Source: Paraspadella gotoi | Lineage: Eukaryota > Animalia > Chaetognatha | DNA length: 64,000 nt | Reading direction: 5' to 3' | Assembly (NCBI GenBank): GCA_051294375.1 | Contig: CM119264.1 | Span: 22,452,486-22,516,485, forward strand | Shown: one piece after another, positions 37,747-51,500 of the stretch | Numbering within the stretch: the stretch's first letter is position 1 | Layout of the letters: every line of letters begins with the position of its first letter | Notes under the pieces: model-generated | Seen by the model: only the letters and a program-made list of their open reading frames with translations | The model's database searches: none | What the model was told of the DNA's origin: nothing | Program-made: the position numbers and the translations under genes

Positions 37747-39676
37747 CGAATGAAGAAGCCTACTTACCCTTTCCGTCGTAACACTCTCGAAAAAAAAATC
37801 CTTACCATGGGAGCGATCTTTCTCCTGCCGATGCGCCGCCCGTGACCCACCCTGCAGCGAGAGCCCCTCCCCCTATCCTCTGCCCGACGGCGAACGCCCT
37901 CTCGGCCATTGACCCTCTCGATCTACCAAAACAAAACACAAAAAAAAACTCATTTAAAAAAATCCATTTAAAAATTATTTCGACCAACTCTCTCCAAAAA
38001 AAACCCTCCCTTTCCCCACCGCGGCATACCCGTTGACGGGCATTTAAGCGTGGGTAATCGTTTTTCGTACTTACCTCTGGTTGGCTGCTTCCTTCAATGC
38101 CCTCATTTCTGCTTGTCACTCGCTCTCTTTTTTTTTTGCTTCCTCCTCTCTATATCATTTTGACTGTCTGACTTTTCTTCCGCTCACCGATGCACTCACT
38201 CACCGACTCGCTCATCTCTGCCATTCCTCTGTTACCTCACCCAACCCACCCAATTCTTCCCTCCCACCTCTACCCCCTCGCCTCCGCCACCCAACTCTTA
38301 CTTCGTTATTCCCTTTTCGAAAGTCTTTAAAAAAAACCGCCCATCGAGCGTCGCGCTCCCTTTTGGGTTTAGAGACGCCTCTTCCTATCTCGTTTCTTCT
38401 CTTCCTTTCCCTCTCTTTTTTTTTCTCTTCCGCGTTAACTTTATTCTCTTTTTCTGCTCGAAGTCTCTCTCTCTCTCTCTTTTTTTTTACTCCTTCTCTT
38501 TTCTCTTTCTATCTCTTTATCCTATCTTTTAATTTATAATTCTTCGACTTTACTTTTTATTCGAATATTTTTTTCGACCTTTCTTTTCCTCATCTTTTCG
38601 TTTTCTTTCTTACTTCATTTTTCGGATTTATTCTTTCCTCTCTTCCTCCTTTTCCTTTTCTTATTTTCAAATTAATATTCTTCCTCTTTCCCAATCTCTC
38701 AAAAAAATTAAAGTCTGCCTCATTTTTTTTCCGATCTGACCAAGTGTCCATTTTTGCGTCTGCAGAGAGGAGATTAATCCAGGAAAAACATATTTTGAAG
38801 AAAAAGTTTGAAAAATTCCATGTTTTTAAAGCTCATTTTCACGCTTTTTCAGTCTTTCCTATACTTACACTAATATACTGACGACTGAGTAAACCATACT
38901 AAAACAAAGTTCATTCCATTTCTCTCTAATTTCTCCAGTCTTCAAGCTCAATGAAAAACTTAATACTGAATATCTACATTGACCTTTTAATATATCTCCA
39001 TTCGTCTTCTTCCTTTCTTTCCTAAATCCCATTTCTTAAGTCCGCTATTGATTACTTCTCTCTTCAGCCTCTATCCCCGCGTGTCCAATCCTTTATTACC
39101 TTCAATTACCTCTCTCCTTTCCCCCTGTGCCCCCCTCTCTCTCGCTCTCTCTCTTTTTAGTCTCTCCCTCTCTATCCGTCTGTCAATGATCGTCAATTTC
39201 CTTCCTTCCTCCTTCTTCCCCTTTTTATCCCTCATTTATGACCCTAATTTTCTTTCTTTTCTTCCAAGTTCCATTACTCACTTTAACCAAACTCCTTCCC
39301 CTCTTTTCTCGCTTTCCTCCCTTCCTCAGTTGTCTTCTCGCCATTACCCTTACCTCCCTTACCTCCCTTTCCTCCCTTTCCTCCCTTTCCTCCCTTTTCT
39401 CCCTTTCTCTTTCTCGTTCATGGCCGTCAATTCCCTGAGGGTTATTGGCGTTTGTGTCCCGATGTGATTCTGGAACTTTGCATCTCCACCTGAGTCCGAC
39501 ATCTCAGCCTCTTTTCATCCGCCTCCTTTTTTTTGCTTCCTTTCGTATTTTTTTTTCTTTAGTTTTCGAGCTCTTTTTCATATTTTTCTCTTTGTTAATC
39601 ATTTCAGTTTCATTTTCATTTTTCGTTCAGTAATTTAATCCGAATTTATTTAAATTTTCTCGTGTTCAGTCTCAAA

Positions 39677-39716
<40 letters not shown>

Positions 39717-40436
39717 ATCTCTCTCTCTCCTCTCTCTCTCTCTCATCTCTCTCTCTCTCTCTGCTCTCTCTCTCTCTCGATTTTAGATGAAACTAAAACT
39801 TCCTCCAGTCTCCAGGCTCGCTTCTTTTCTGATTTTTGTTATAAAAAATTTTTCGAGGGACAATTTTTTTTTCGAAACGATTACTAATCACTCAGGAAGA
39901 CTATCAGACAATTGCCCACCAACTTTTTTTTGCATTGCCGATATTTCTCACCATTTAACAACCCCCCTCCACCCGCGTGCAATCTGGATTCTTCATTAGT
40001 TTTTTTTTTCTCCAATTAATTTTTTCTTTTTTCTTTTTTTTTGTGTGTTTGGCGACTCGATCCCCCCGTCCTCCATCGCACGTCGTTACGTCGCTAATGA
40101 GAAGAGGCGATAATCGTTTTCATCGTCGTCTCTTTTGTCGTCGTCGCCGTCGTCATCGTTCTTTCCCTGTCGACGCCTTCCGTAGTCGCTGACGTGGACG
40201 TCGTACGTTTTCTTCGCGTTTCCCGTCATCGTATCCGCCACAGTCTGTCAGTCAAGAACGTCGTCCCTGTGGTTTTCATCATCGTCGTCGTCGTCATCAT
40301 CATTATCGTCGTCGTCTTCCTCGTTTCTCTTCGAATTCCTTTTTCGTCGTCGTCTTCAATCCTTGTCTTCTTCATTGGCGGCGTCGCAAAAAGCTTCGAC
40401 CAACAATGAGCAACGAGACAAATGACGTTCGCGAGC

Positions 40437-40521
<85 letters not shown>

Positions 40522-40667
40522 CATCGGGTTAGTCTTTTTTTTTTTTTGTTTCTTTCCGTCTTTGATTAGTTTTACGCGGGATGTCGCTATTAGTAGCCTT
40601 AATTAGTTTCGGCGGGGACGAAGTGGTAGGGAAAGGAAAGAAGAAACCGTTGGAGGGCAGAGCCTCC

Positions 40668-40890
40668 TGACGGGCAAATGTTTATGACGGGTAAAGGATT
40701 GCGACGGGCAAATGTTTAGGACGAACAGAGTCAGAGGCTCGCGGTAGGCAAGGGCTTTTGAGAAAGTGGACGTCTAAAACGGACTGAGGCTTGTCACGAA
40801 GTTTTTCACGTACCGTGTTTATGATGGCCGAAAGCTTATGACGGGCGAAGGCTTACAGTGGGTGAAGGTTTACGACGGGCAAAGGCTTAT
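40668..40890. repeat. Degenerate ~17-bp minisatellite (TGACGGGCAAAGGCTTA)
   Basis: Repeated gacgggcaaa/gacgggcgaagg units. Confidence 0.7.
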
Positions 40891-42532
40891 GAGAGGCATA
40901 GCCTCTCATATATGCCTGGAGGCTGGAATACCTATTGGTATGCATAGAATTAACCTTGGCAGACGATTGAGAATGAATGACGAATCTGGTAAGTTTAATG
41001 GAAAGTGTAGCTTTTATCTTTGACGGGTTTCATTTTACGGCGGGGCTTGTTTTTGGATGTAATGTTAAATTTTCTATGGTACCATATTTGAAAGACATAC
41101 GGCTACAAAGTTGCAAACAAGGAAATAGATTTCGTTGTCATCGCAAGTTCGATTCCTACATTCTCATCGCCTTTATCGACGCTGCCGCCGCTGCCGCTGC
41201 CGTCGCCGCTGCCGTCGCCGCTGCCGCCGCCGACATCGACGCCGATAAGACGAAGGCGGGATTAAAATTCAGCGTGGATGCCATTAGCAGGTGGGGGATA
41301 TGCCAGGCCGCGTGCTGAGGTGGAATCATTTGCACCTGAACAACATAAACCATAAATCATCGCTCAGCGGGGAGTGGCGGCGACGGCGGCGAAGAGCGTG
41401 AACCTGCGGGTGAAGCGCCGCTGGCGATGCAGGTCGTCTATCGCGCAGGTTGACACGCCTTCAATTCTGTTGCCCTTATATTTATGTCGCTAACAGCCTG
41501 ATAATAAGGGAATCAATGTGTTCATCAATGATAACCCAGATTTTTTCAGTATCCATCCATTGTTGTTTAGTGGTGATTTAATTTTTTCTCAGAAGTAATT
41601 ATGCAAAAATGAATGAATTTTATTATTAAACAATTTTTTTATTGATCAGAATGCCAATAATCATTAGAATAATGACTTTTTTCACATTAATTGAGAATAA
41701 GAGTAAATTTTGCAAAAATACAGTAGCAGTAGTTACAAAGAATGTAAAATATATCTTTTTAAGGTTATTTTTAAAAGATTTATGGCCTTTTTTATCGCGA
41801 TTTTCTCGAAAATTCTCGCCCCATGTAGATTCTAGGGCAGATGTTAAAGACGAGTTGACAATTTGTTCAAAATTTATGACAAGCGACCTCAGGTTTTTTT
41901 TTTCCAGGAGAGGACGACGTCACGTCACGTCACGTCTGCAGCAAAGTATCGTTGAATTTGACGACCTTTTTGACGGAAATAAAGAACAGCAACCGACGAA
42001 TCTGATGGAAGGGAATGGAGCCATGTTCCTTTTAACGACCGGTTTTAAAAACGATCGTAATTACTTTTCCTCTATAGAGTTCTCAAGAAAAAATATTTAA
42101 GTTTATTATATTAATTAACTTTGTGTTAATTTTCTTTCTTTTTCGTTGTGTGTGAAATTTAAAGAAAAAAGTTTGAATTGTATTTTCAACAACGAATTTT
42201 GTAAATAAGCAAAAGCTTCAATGGAGAAAAACAAACCAAAAACGAAAAAAAAGCGACTTTTCGGCCAACAAAAAAAATTTTTTTTTGGCTGTCAAATCAG
42301 ACAATATTTAGGTAGGATATCTCTCGACAAGCAAAAGCAAGTTTCTGATAAAATCTAAACAATTAGCGACGTAGATCCACAAGAAACATAAAAAAAAAAG
42401 TTAATTTAGTCTCGAATTCTGGACGGAACCTTGAAAGCGGAAATGAGACTGATGTCGTTTACGATCATTCATTCCAAATTCATGCGCTAAAATGGGAAAA
42501 ACAATTAAGGAGGGAAGACAAGGGTAGAATGG

Positions 42533-42640
<108 letters not shown>

Positions 42641-43197
42641 TAGATGAAGCTTCACCCGATCCTCCAATTTAATTTCTCAAATCGCGCCGTCGCCAGACGG
42701 AGAATGGTGACGTCGTCGTCGTCGTCGTCGTCTTAATCGTCGACGTTTTCCTCCTCCCGCTCTTCCTCCTCATCCTTCACCTCCTCCTCCTCCTCCTCGT
42801 CCATATCTTTGATTTCATCTTTATTCTTTCCATTTCGCTAATTCATTAATTCTAATGAAGGTTTCTCATTTTCATAAAATTGGTGCCAACGTCTTCCCCC
42901 TTTTTTTAATTGCTTTCCTTCACGGTCTCCGCTGAATGCCGGCGGCTCGTCCGTCTCTCCGTCTGTCCGTCTTTCTTCTCACTCGTTTGGCAAAATGCGA
43001 AATGGCTTTGGGACTTTTGCGCAAACTTATACATTTCTTTTCATTTCTACATAACATTCTATACCGCTTTCTTTCAGTTCATAATACTTTTCATCATCAA
43101 TCATCTACTTAGTTTTAATTAATAACACTAAAAACAATATCGTCATTTCCTTTTCGGCCTCCGAGCATCCTTCACTCATTGACCCATTGATATTCCG

Positions 43198-45376
43198 TCA
43201 CCATTTTCTGTTGGATAGTTTCAGTTTTTGCAGTCCTCACTCCATCACCCTATCACTTAATCACTCTATTACTCCATCAGTTCATCACTCCGTCACCCCG
43301 TCCCTCAATTTGACGCAGCATCTCTCACTTAATCCCCGGAGTATCTCTCGGTCCACTGAGTCAACACCGTTTTCTATCGTCGGAGATGATTAACGCCCGA
43401 TTCTTTTTTTTCTTTTCTTTCTTTCTTTTTTTTTGTCAAAAACGTACAACGTGGAGAAAAGAGCAGGGAGGAAAAGAAATAGGAAAAAGAAGGGGAGGAA
43501 GAAAAGAAAGAAAAAAAGAAAGAGAAGGAGGAAATGTAAAAGAGAAGGTAAAAAGGAGAAAGGGAAAGAAAAAACGAAATACAGATGAGTAAGAAGGAAA
43601 AAAAGAAAAAGAAAAAAAGGAAGAAAGGTAGAAGAGAAAAAAAGAAAAAGAAATAAAAAGAGAGGAAGGTCAGAGGAAAGAAAAGGCGAGAAGAAAAGGG
43701 AAATATAAAAGAGAGGAAGACAAGAGAAAAGAGAGGGCAAAAGGAAAGGAACTGAAAAAAGGAAAAAATAAAAAAGAAAGAGAAAGGAGGAAAGAGAGAC
43801 TAGGAGATTAGCTTCGCTACGAGTTCCTCATTTCTGAGGGGAAAAAAAAGAGGAAAAGAGCAGCGGAGTAGAGGAAATTAGAAGCCAACGCCATTTCCGG
43901 TTTGCGATGGAAGGAGAGTTCCAATCTCGTCGCAGCTCGAGACTCCAGCGCCGGCGCACGGGTCCCGGCGGCGCCGCGGTCAGGATTCCCGGCGCCGCAA
44001 TTTCATCCCGAGGATTAAACCCCCCACGAAGGCCGATCGGAGTTCTTGGCGCCGTAATACCGAGACGACAGTTATTAAATTTAAATTGCGGTTTAAACCA
44101 TAAGAAGTTGAAATGGGGGTTTTTGGTAAAATTCGAAAACTGGGTCTACAATTCTAACAGCGGCCAATGCCTCGTTACTCTAGTGACCTGCAAAAGGAAG
44201 GACTGAATTCGATTTTGATAGCGCCGCAAGACTTCAAAGGCGCCGCCAGCCTTGAATGTCGCCGCAAGCCTTTGATCGTGCCGAAAGCCTGTGATGGCGC
44301 CGCAAGCCATTGATGGCACCGCAAGAACTGAATTCGTCTTTCATAGCGCCGCAAGACTTCTAAGGCGCCGCTAGCCTTGAATGTCGCCGCAAGCCTTTGA
44401 CGGTTCCGCTAGCCTTTGATAGCGCGGCAATACTTTGATGTTTCCGCAATCCTTTGATGGCGCCGCAAGCTTTTGACGGAGCCGCTATCCGGAACCAGCA
44501 GACGCTCAGCCGGGAAAAGATCATCGGCGGAGTTTGTCTTCGGGCGACGAGGCAGAGAATAAAACCAGTTAATTTATTTTCCCCATTTTTTTCCTTACTA
44601 CCCTTTTTCTTTTTTTTTTACCAGAAAATGGGACTCGATGAGAGAAATCAAACGTCGATTGTTCGCAAGGAAATTGACTAATGACTCTATTATGAAAATT
44701 CAATGATACAGTAAACGTTGACAAATTCAATCTCTCCTTTTGCTTAAATTGAAGATTTCATTTTATAGTTCGATCTTCACGGATATATTAACTCTCGCTC
44801 TTTCTTTTTCTTTCTTTTTCTTTCTTTCTTTCCTACTCTCCCATCTCTCTATCTCTTTATCTCTGGCTGTGTGTCCATTTCCTCCTTCAACCCTCAGCCA
44901 CTCGGAGGATCAGATTAGAGGCGAGAATCCAGTATCGAAAAAATTTGCAATTCTTTCTAACTCACTCTGTCTCTCTCTTTCTTTTCTCTCTCTCTCTCTC
45001 TCTCTTTATCTCTCCCTTTCGTGGTGGGAAGACGACGTAAAAGGTTTTTTTACGATATATGCAAATTGATTTGTTTTCAGCTTTTTTTTTTTCTGTGTCG
45101 CTTTTAGCCGAACGTAATTTCGTTGAAGCGACGACAGAGTTCGCGATGTCCCCCGTTTCAAATATGTCATCGCCCTCGTTCGCGCAAACAAAAGACAATT
45201 GTTTAATATCAAAATTAAAAATAGATCCTATTACTGCCCAACAATCTTTTGAATTTCTTAAATATATCATTGATTAGGTAGTCCCTAACTCTTTCATTTT
45301 TCTTTGTCGCTCTTTTTCAATTGAATTTCTATTTTCTGTGAAGGAGAGAGAGGAAGAGAGAGGAGAGCAGAGAGAG

Positions 45377-45425
<49 letters not shown>

Positions 45426-48400
45426 AGAGAGAGAGAGAGAGACGAAAAACTCGGTGGAAAATTGAAGTTTTCGAACAAAGCCAAATCCTCTTCTTTTTTT
45501 CCTCCTTTTTTCCCGCAATTTCGTTGATGGAATCACTAGAATCTTCGTTTAAATTCCCCGCGTGTTTCGTTGCCGTCTGCTCTCGGGACCCGCGACGGTC
45601 CAATCAGCTCGCAGGACGGCTGTAGCTTTCACCAATCAGAACGCCCCGAGTCGGCAGAGCGACGCGACACCCGAATTCCGTTAAGTGATTTGGTGCGGAG
45701 CGGGCAAATAACAAGTCACTAGCTTTACAGCCCCTAACGCGCCTCCCAGAGCTCCACTAGGGGGCGAAAGGGAAACTGATTAGAGAACTTCTCTCTCCCT
45801 CTCTCTCTCTTCTCTACTCTCTCCCCTCTCTGGTTCTCTCTCTCTCCCTTCTCCTCTTATTCTTCTTCTCTCGTCTCTCTCCTCCTCTTCCTCTCTCTTT
45901 TATCCTCTTCTNNNNNNNNNNNNNNNNNNNNNNNNNNNNNNNNNNNNNNNNNNNNNNNNNNNNNNNNNNNNNNNNNNNNNNNNNNNNNNNNNNNNNNNNN
46001 NNNNNNNNNNNNNNNNNNNNNNNNNNNNNNNNNNNNNNNNNNNNNNNNNNNNNNNNNNNNNNNNNNNNNNNNNNNNNNNNNNNNNNNNNNNNNNNNNNNN
46101 NNNGAAACAGATATTTATATTTTTTGCTCTTTTATATGTATAATACAAAAAACTAAAGAGAAAGAGAAAGGGGCATTAAGGAAAACNNNNNNNNNNNNNN
46201 NNNNNNNNNNNCGTACACCTATTTTCTGTTGATGTTTCAGTTTTCGCAGTCTCACTCCATCACCCCTATCACTTAAACACTCTATTACTCCATCAGTTCA
46301 TCCACTCTATCACTCATACTCCGTCACCGCGTCACCTCAATTTGAGGCAGCTCTCTCACTAATCCCCCCGATATCTCTCGTCCACTTCGAGTCAAACCGT
46401 TTTTCTATCGCGAGCATCGAATTAACCGCCCGATTCTTTTTTTCTTTTCTTTCTTTCTTTTTTTTTGTCAAAAACGTACAGACGAGGAGAAAAGAGCAGG
46501 GAGAAAAGAAATAGGAAAAAAGAAGGGGAGGAAGAAAAGAAGAAAAAGAAAGAGAAGGAGGAAATGTAAAAGAGAAGGTAAAAAGGAGAAGGGAAAGAAA
46601 AACGTAAAATACAGATAATTTATAAGAGGAAAAAAGAAAAGAAAAAGGAAGAAAGGTAGAAGAGAAAAAGAAAAGAGAGATATATAAAGAGAGGAAGGTC
46701 AGAGGAAAGAAAAGGCGGAGAAGAAAAGGGAAATAATAAAAGAGAGGAGACAGGGAAAAGAGAGGGCAAAGAAAGGAACTGAAAAGAAAATAAGAAGAGA
46801 AGGAGGAAAGAGAGACGACCTAGGAGATTAGGCTTCGCTACGTCCTCATATTCTGATGGGAAAAAAAAAAGAAGGAAAAGAGCAGCGGAGTAGAGGAAAT
46901 TAGAAGCCCAACGCATTTCCGGTTTGGCGATGAAGGGAGAGTTCCAATCTCGCGCAGCTACGAGACTCCGCGTGCCGTGCCGCACCGCGTCCCGGCGGCG
47001 CCGCGGCTTCGCGATTCCCTGCGCCCGCATATTTATCATCCACCGAGGATTAAACACCCCCCACGACGGCCGAGTCGGAAGTTCTTGGCGCCGTAATACC
47101 GAACGACAGTTAATTAAATTTAAATTGCGGTTTAAACCATAAGAACGTTGAAATGGGGGTTTTTTGGTAAAATTCAAACCTGAGACGACTACAATTCTAA
47201 CAGCGCAATGCCTCGTTACTGCTAGTGACCTGTCAAAAGGAAGGACTGGGAATTACGATTTTGAATAGCGCCGCAGACTTCAAAGGCGCCGCCAGCCTGA
47301 ATGTCGCCGCAAGCCTTTTGATCGTGCCGAAAGCCTATATAGCGCCCGCAAGCCATTGATGGCACCAGTGCAGAACTGATTCGTCTTTTCCATAGCGCCG
47401 CAAGATTTTAAAGGGCGCCGACAGCGCTTGAATGAGCTCAGCGTGCAACGCCTTTTTGACGTGTTATATCGTCTTAGCCGGTTGAAATAGCGCGGCAATA
47501 CTTTGATGTTTCCGCACACTCCATTTGTATGGCGCCGCGAAGCTTTTGACGAAGCCGTCTATAACGGACCACAGACGCTCGAACCGGTAAAAGATCAATC
47601 GGCGGAGTTTTGTCCTTCGGGCGACGAGGCAGAGAAATACAAACCAGTTATAATTTATTTTCCCCATAATTTTTCCTTACTATCTTTTTCTTTTTTTTTT
47701 AACCAGGAATATGGGACTCTCGATGTAAGAAAATAAACAGACGTCGATTGTTCGCAAAGGAATTGACGTAAATGACTTCTACAGAAAATTCAAATGATAC
47801 AGTAAACGTATGAAACAAATTCAATCTCTCCTTTTGCTTAAATTGAATATTTCATTGATATAGTTCGCATCCTTCACGATATATTTAAACTCTGCTCTTA
47901 TTCTTTTCTGTGGATTCCTTTTTCTTTCTTCTTTACTACTCTCAACATCTCGGAGTCTCCTTTATCTCTTGCTGTCGGTCACTCTCTCCTTTAACCTCAG
48001 CCACTCGGAGATGCAGATTAAGGCGAGAATGCCAGATATCCGAAAAAATTTGCCCATCTTTCTAACTCACGTCTGTCTCTCTCTTATTCTCCTCTTTCTC
48101 TTCTCTTTATTCTCTCTCTTTCGTGGTAGGTAAACGACGTAAAAGGGTTTATTTTTAACTGGTAGTCACTATATGCAAAGTTGATTTGTTTTCAGATTTT
48201 TCTTTTCTGTTCGCCTTTATCAGCCCCGAACGTAATATTCGTTGTAAGTGCGAGACGACCCACAGAGTTCGCGAGATGTGCCGCTCTCAAACATGTTCAT
48301 TCGCCTCGTTCGCGCAAACAAAAGACAATTGTTTAATTCATCAAATACGATCCTATAGCTGCACAAACAATCTTTTGATTTCTTTAAAATATATGCATTG

Positions 48401-48506
48401 GATTTAGGTAGTCCTAAACGTTTTCATTTTTCTTTGTCTCTCTTTTTTTCAATTGGAATTTCTATTTTCTGTGAAGAGAGAGAGAGAGAGAGAGAGAAGA
48501 GAGAAG

Positions 48507-48537
<31 letters not shown>

Positions 48538-48989
48538 GCAGAGAGAGACGAAAAACCATCCACTGTGGTGGAAAATTGAAGTTTTTCGACGAACAAAGCC
48601 AAATCCTCTTCTTTTTTTCCTGCCTTTTTTTCCCCCAATTTGCGTTGATGGCAATCACTAGAATTCGTTTAAATTCCCGCGTGTTTCCCGTTGCTCGTCT
48701 GCTAATCTCGGGGGACCGCGCGAGGACACGGTCCAATTTCACTTCGCGCAGGACGGTTTCTGTGCTTCACAGCATCAGGAAGGCTCCGAAGTCGGCAGAC
48801 CCGAACGCGACACACCCGATTCGTCAGTGATTGGTTGCGGAGAGGGCCAAAATAACAAATCACTAGCTTTACAGCCTAACCGCGCTCCAGTCACCTAGGG
48901 GGACGAAAGGGAAACTGATTAGAAGAGAGAGAGATAAAGAGAAGAGAGAGAGAAGAGACGAGACGCCGACGGAGGCAGAGAGAGAGAAG

Positions 48990-49027
<38 letters not shown>

Positions 49028-49287
49028 GAGAGAGAGAGAGAGAGAGAGCGGTGAGGTGAGTGTGTGGAACAGCAGGAAGAGAGGAGGGATACAAGTGAAA
49101 AATAGAGAGTAAGTAGAGAGACATGAGAGAAAGAAAAGAAATTAGTGTTTGAGGAGGAAAGAAATTGCAGCAGAAAGAAAAAAAGACGGAAAACAAGAAT
49201 ATTTATATTTTTTGCTCTTAATATGTGTCTTATATAAGAATACTAACAAACTAAAGAGGAAAGCGAAAGGGGCATTAAGGAACAAAC
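43198..49287. repeat. ~3-kb direct duplication (43198-46186 and 46212-49287) separated by a 25-N gap; probable assembly artefact
   Basis: Copies are colinear over their whole length and differ mainly by scattered 1-2 nt indels. Confidence 0.85.
44216..44490. repeat. 19-bp minisatellite (GGCGCCGCAAGCCTTTGAT) with 125-bp higher-order unit; duplicated at ~47262-47560
   Basis: ATAGCGCCGCAAGACTTC recurs at 44218 and 44343. Confidence 0.85.
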
Positions 49288-50379
49288 GTAAAAAAAGTTC
49301 TTTCTTTACTTTCAAAAATCACTACGGCAAAAACCGGTTGCTAACCTCCTATTTCGTGTGCGACAACGTAGTGGCGTCCTCGAGGGCCACGTTATACTGG
49401 CACTTTTACAGGAAGGGTTATGTCTTTCTCGCATTAAATAATCCTTCTTTTCATTCCCCAGCCTTCGTTGTCCGTTCGATAGATCTTCAAACATCCCAGC
49501 ACTTAAACCAATCACCTACCAATCACGCATTGTGCTTTTTATCACTCCCAGCCCAATCACAGCGTTTTTTTTTTTCCTCTGAGCGCCCGTATTTTTGAAA
49601 ACCAGTTATTTTACGAATATCCTATTATATAATCGACCGAAAAGATTTTACGCAAATTTGGGCCACAAGAATAGGGTTATCACATGGATTCGGATTTTAA
49701 AAACGTTTACACAAGTGATCAACACACATATATACTTAATTTTAAAACACCTTTTATCGTTTGAAATTCTCAACATGAGAGATTCCAGGTCGATTTTATC
49801 TGGCTCCTAATTATGCACAATTAAGCTTAAGATCGAAGTTGTGCAGATAACGATGACGCTCTTTATATCGCGTAATTTAAACGTTTTATTATTGTAATTT
49901 TATAAATATTAAATTAAATGTTTTTAGAATAGCTATGATTTTTAATAAAATATAAATTGAGTTTATAGTATTTATAGCCTCAATCATTACTAAGTTTAAA
50001 TAGCAATTAATACGATGAGCTACGAAGGCTTTTTCCTACCTAAAAATGAGATTCGAACAGATTTTTGGCATAATAATATAAATTACACTATTCTTTGCTT
50101 GCTTAAAATCCTTATTACATAAAAAATACTTTTATAAATTTGTATAATTCGACTCGTTTAAGTTTATCCGTTATATGTGTTAATAAATAGGATTAAACCT
50201 CGAGAAACATGATAACTCTGATAAAAAATACCTATAAGTTTTATAATATATAATTAAATAATGCTGAAAATATAATAAACAATATAATTAATAATATCAT
50301 AAAAATAGGTATTATATTATAATAAATTTTTTTTTTTTTCTTGGGTATAAATACAGCGAATTTTACTATTTAGAGCACA

Positions 50380-51500
50380 GAGCTTGGAAAGAGGGGCTAA
50401 ACTTTTTAGTTGATGGAGAGTCTTCTTACTCATGGTAATCATAATAACAGACTTTACATAAACTGAATAAGTCATAATAATTGAAAAATATTTTTTCTCT
50501 TAAACTAAACAAAAAATTAAAAAATCTAAAAAATTAAAAGCTATAAAACTAGAAAGTTAAGAAGTCAATCAATTGATAAATTCTCATATACCATATTAGA
50601 ATAAGTGAAAAGGGATCCATTTCAGTATCAGAATCAATGATTTAAGATTTTAATATCGTGTGCAATAAGATCGTTAAGAACATTAAATACTGTCGTAATA
50701 AACAGTTACTGAAAAGTTTTGAATAGTAATATTTTTGTAACTATTATAAATAAAGTAGTTTTCATTCAAAGCAACAGAAGAACCACTTGAGAGCTTACTT
50801 CCTAAGATTTTACAAGAATTGCTTTTGTTTATATTAAGTTTTTTAAATCAACAACTCCCTGGTAGATATGTAGATAAGTTCCACACGTGTCAATTATTAT
50901 AAATATAATGCAAAAGCTTTGCTGTAACATTGGATAATGGCTTTAGTTGGAATTCTTCAATCACTAATCTTGAAAAAGTCAATCAAAATAAATTCTTGAT
51001 CTAAAAACTCAGAGAGGAGGAGTATATTCAATATTAGTTATAATTGGTTAACAACAAAAGTGAAAGGCTATAAATAGTCCCGAAAATATGCATTTTTATT
51101 AAAAAAAATTATGTCCTTAATTGTTAACCATATAAAGTTAATTAATTTCGGCTCTGTAAATCAGACAACAAATAGACAAATAAATACAATTACTAAAAAC
51201 TCAAAAAAACATCCGAAGATAGTAATTTTTATAATTGAAAAAAGGGTTGCCTATGGATGCTCAAGCCCTCATCACATCCCTGAATTATTAAACATGAAAC
51301 TATAGTACATAGGAAAAGGCTTTTATAATTTGTAATATAAATATAGTTTAAAGAAGAAGGGGATCCAAATTGTAATCAAATCAATATCCGTTTAAAGCAT
51401 TTTATGTTTATGTATCAACTTTTCGTCAGTTGTTAAAAAAATGATGAAGTTTATCTTTTCATAATTATTAATATTATATTTATTATATTTCATCATTTGA
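50380..51500 (+). mobile_element. Highly decayed non-LTR retrotransposon (LINE) RT C-terminal fragment
   Basis: ~50921-51000 translates AVTLDNGFSWNSSITNLEK, like the LINE LGVxLDxxLSWxxHI motif; many stops and frameshifts; boundaries approximate. Confidence 0.45.

Noticed and set aside
44216-44490. CRISPR-like array
   Set aside because: Eukaryotic context; contiguous degenerate units with no unique spacers and no cas genes.
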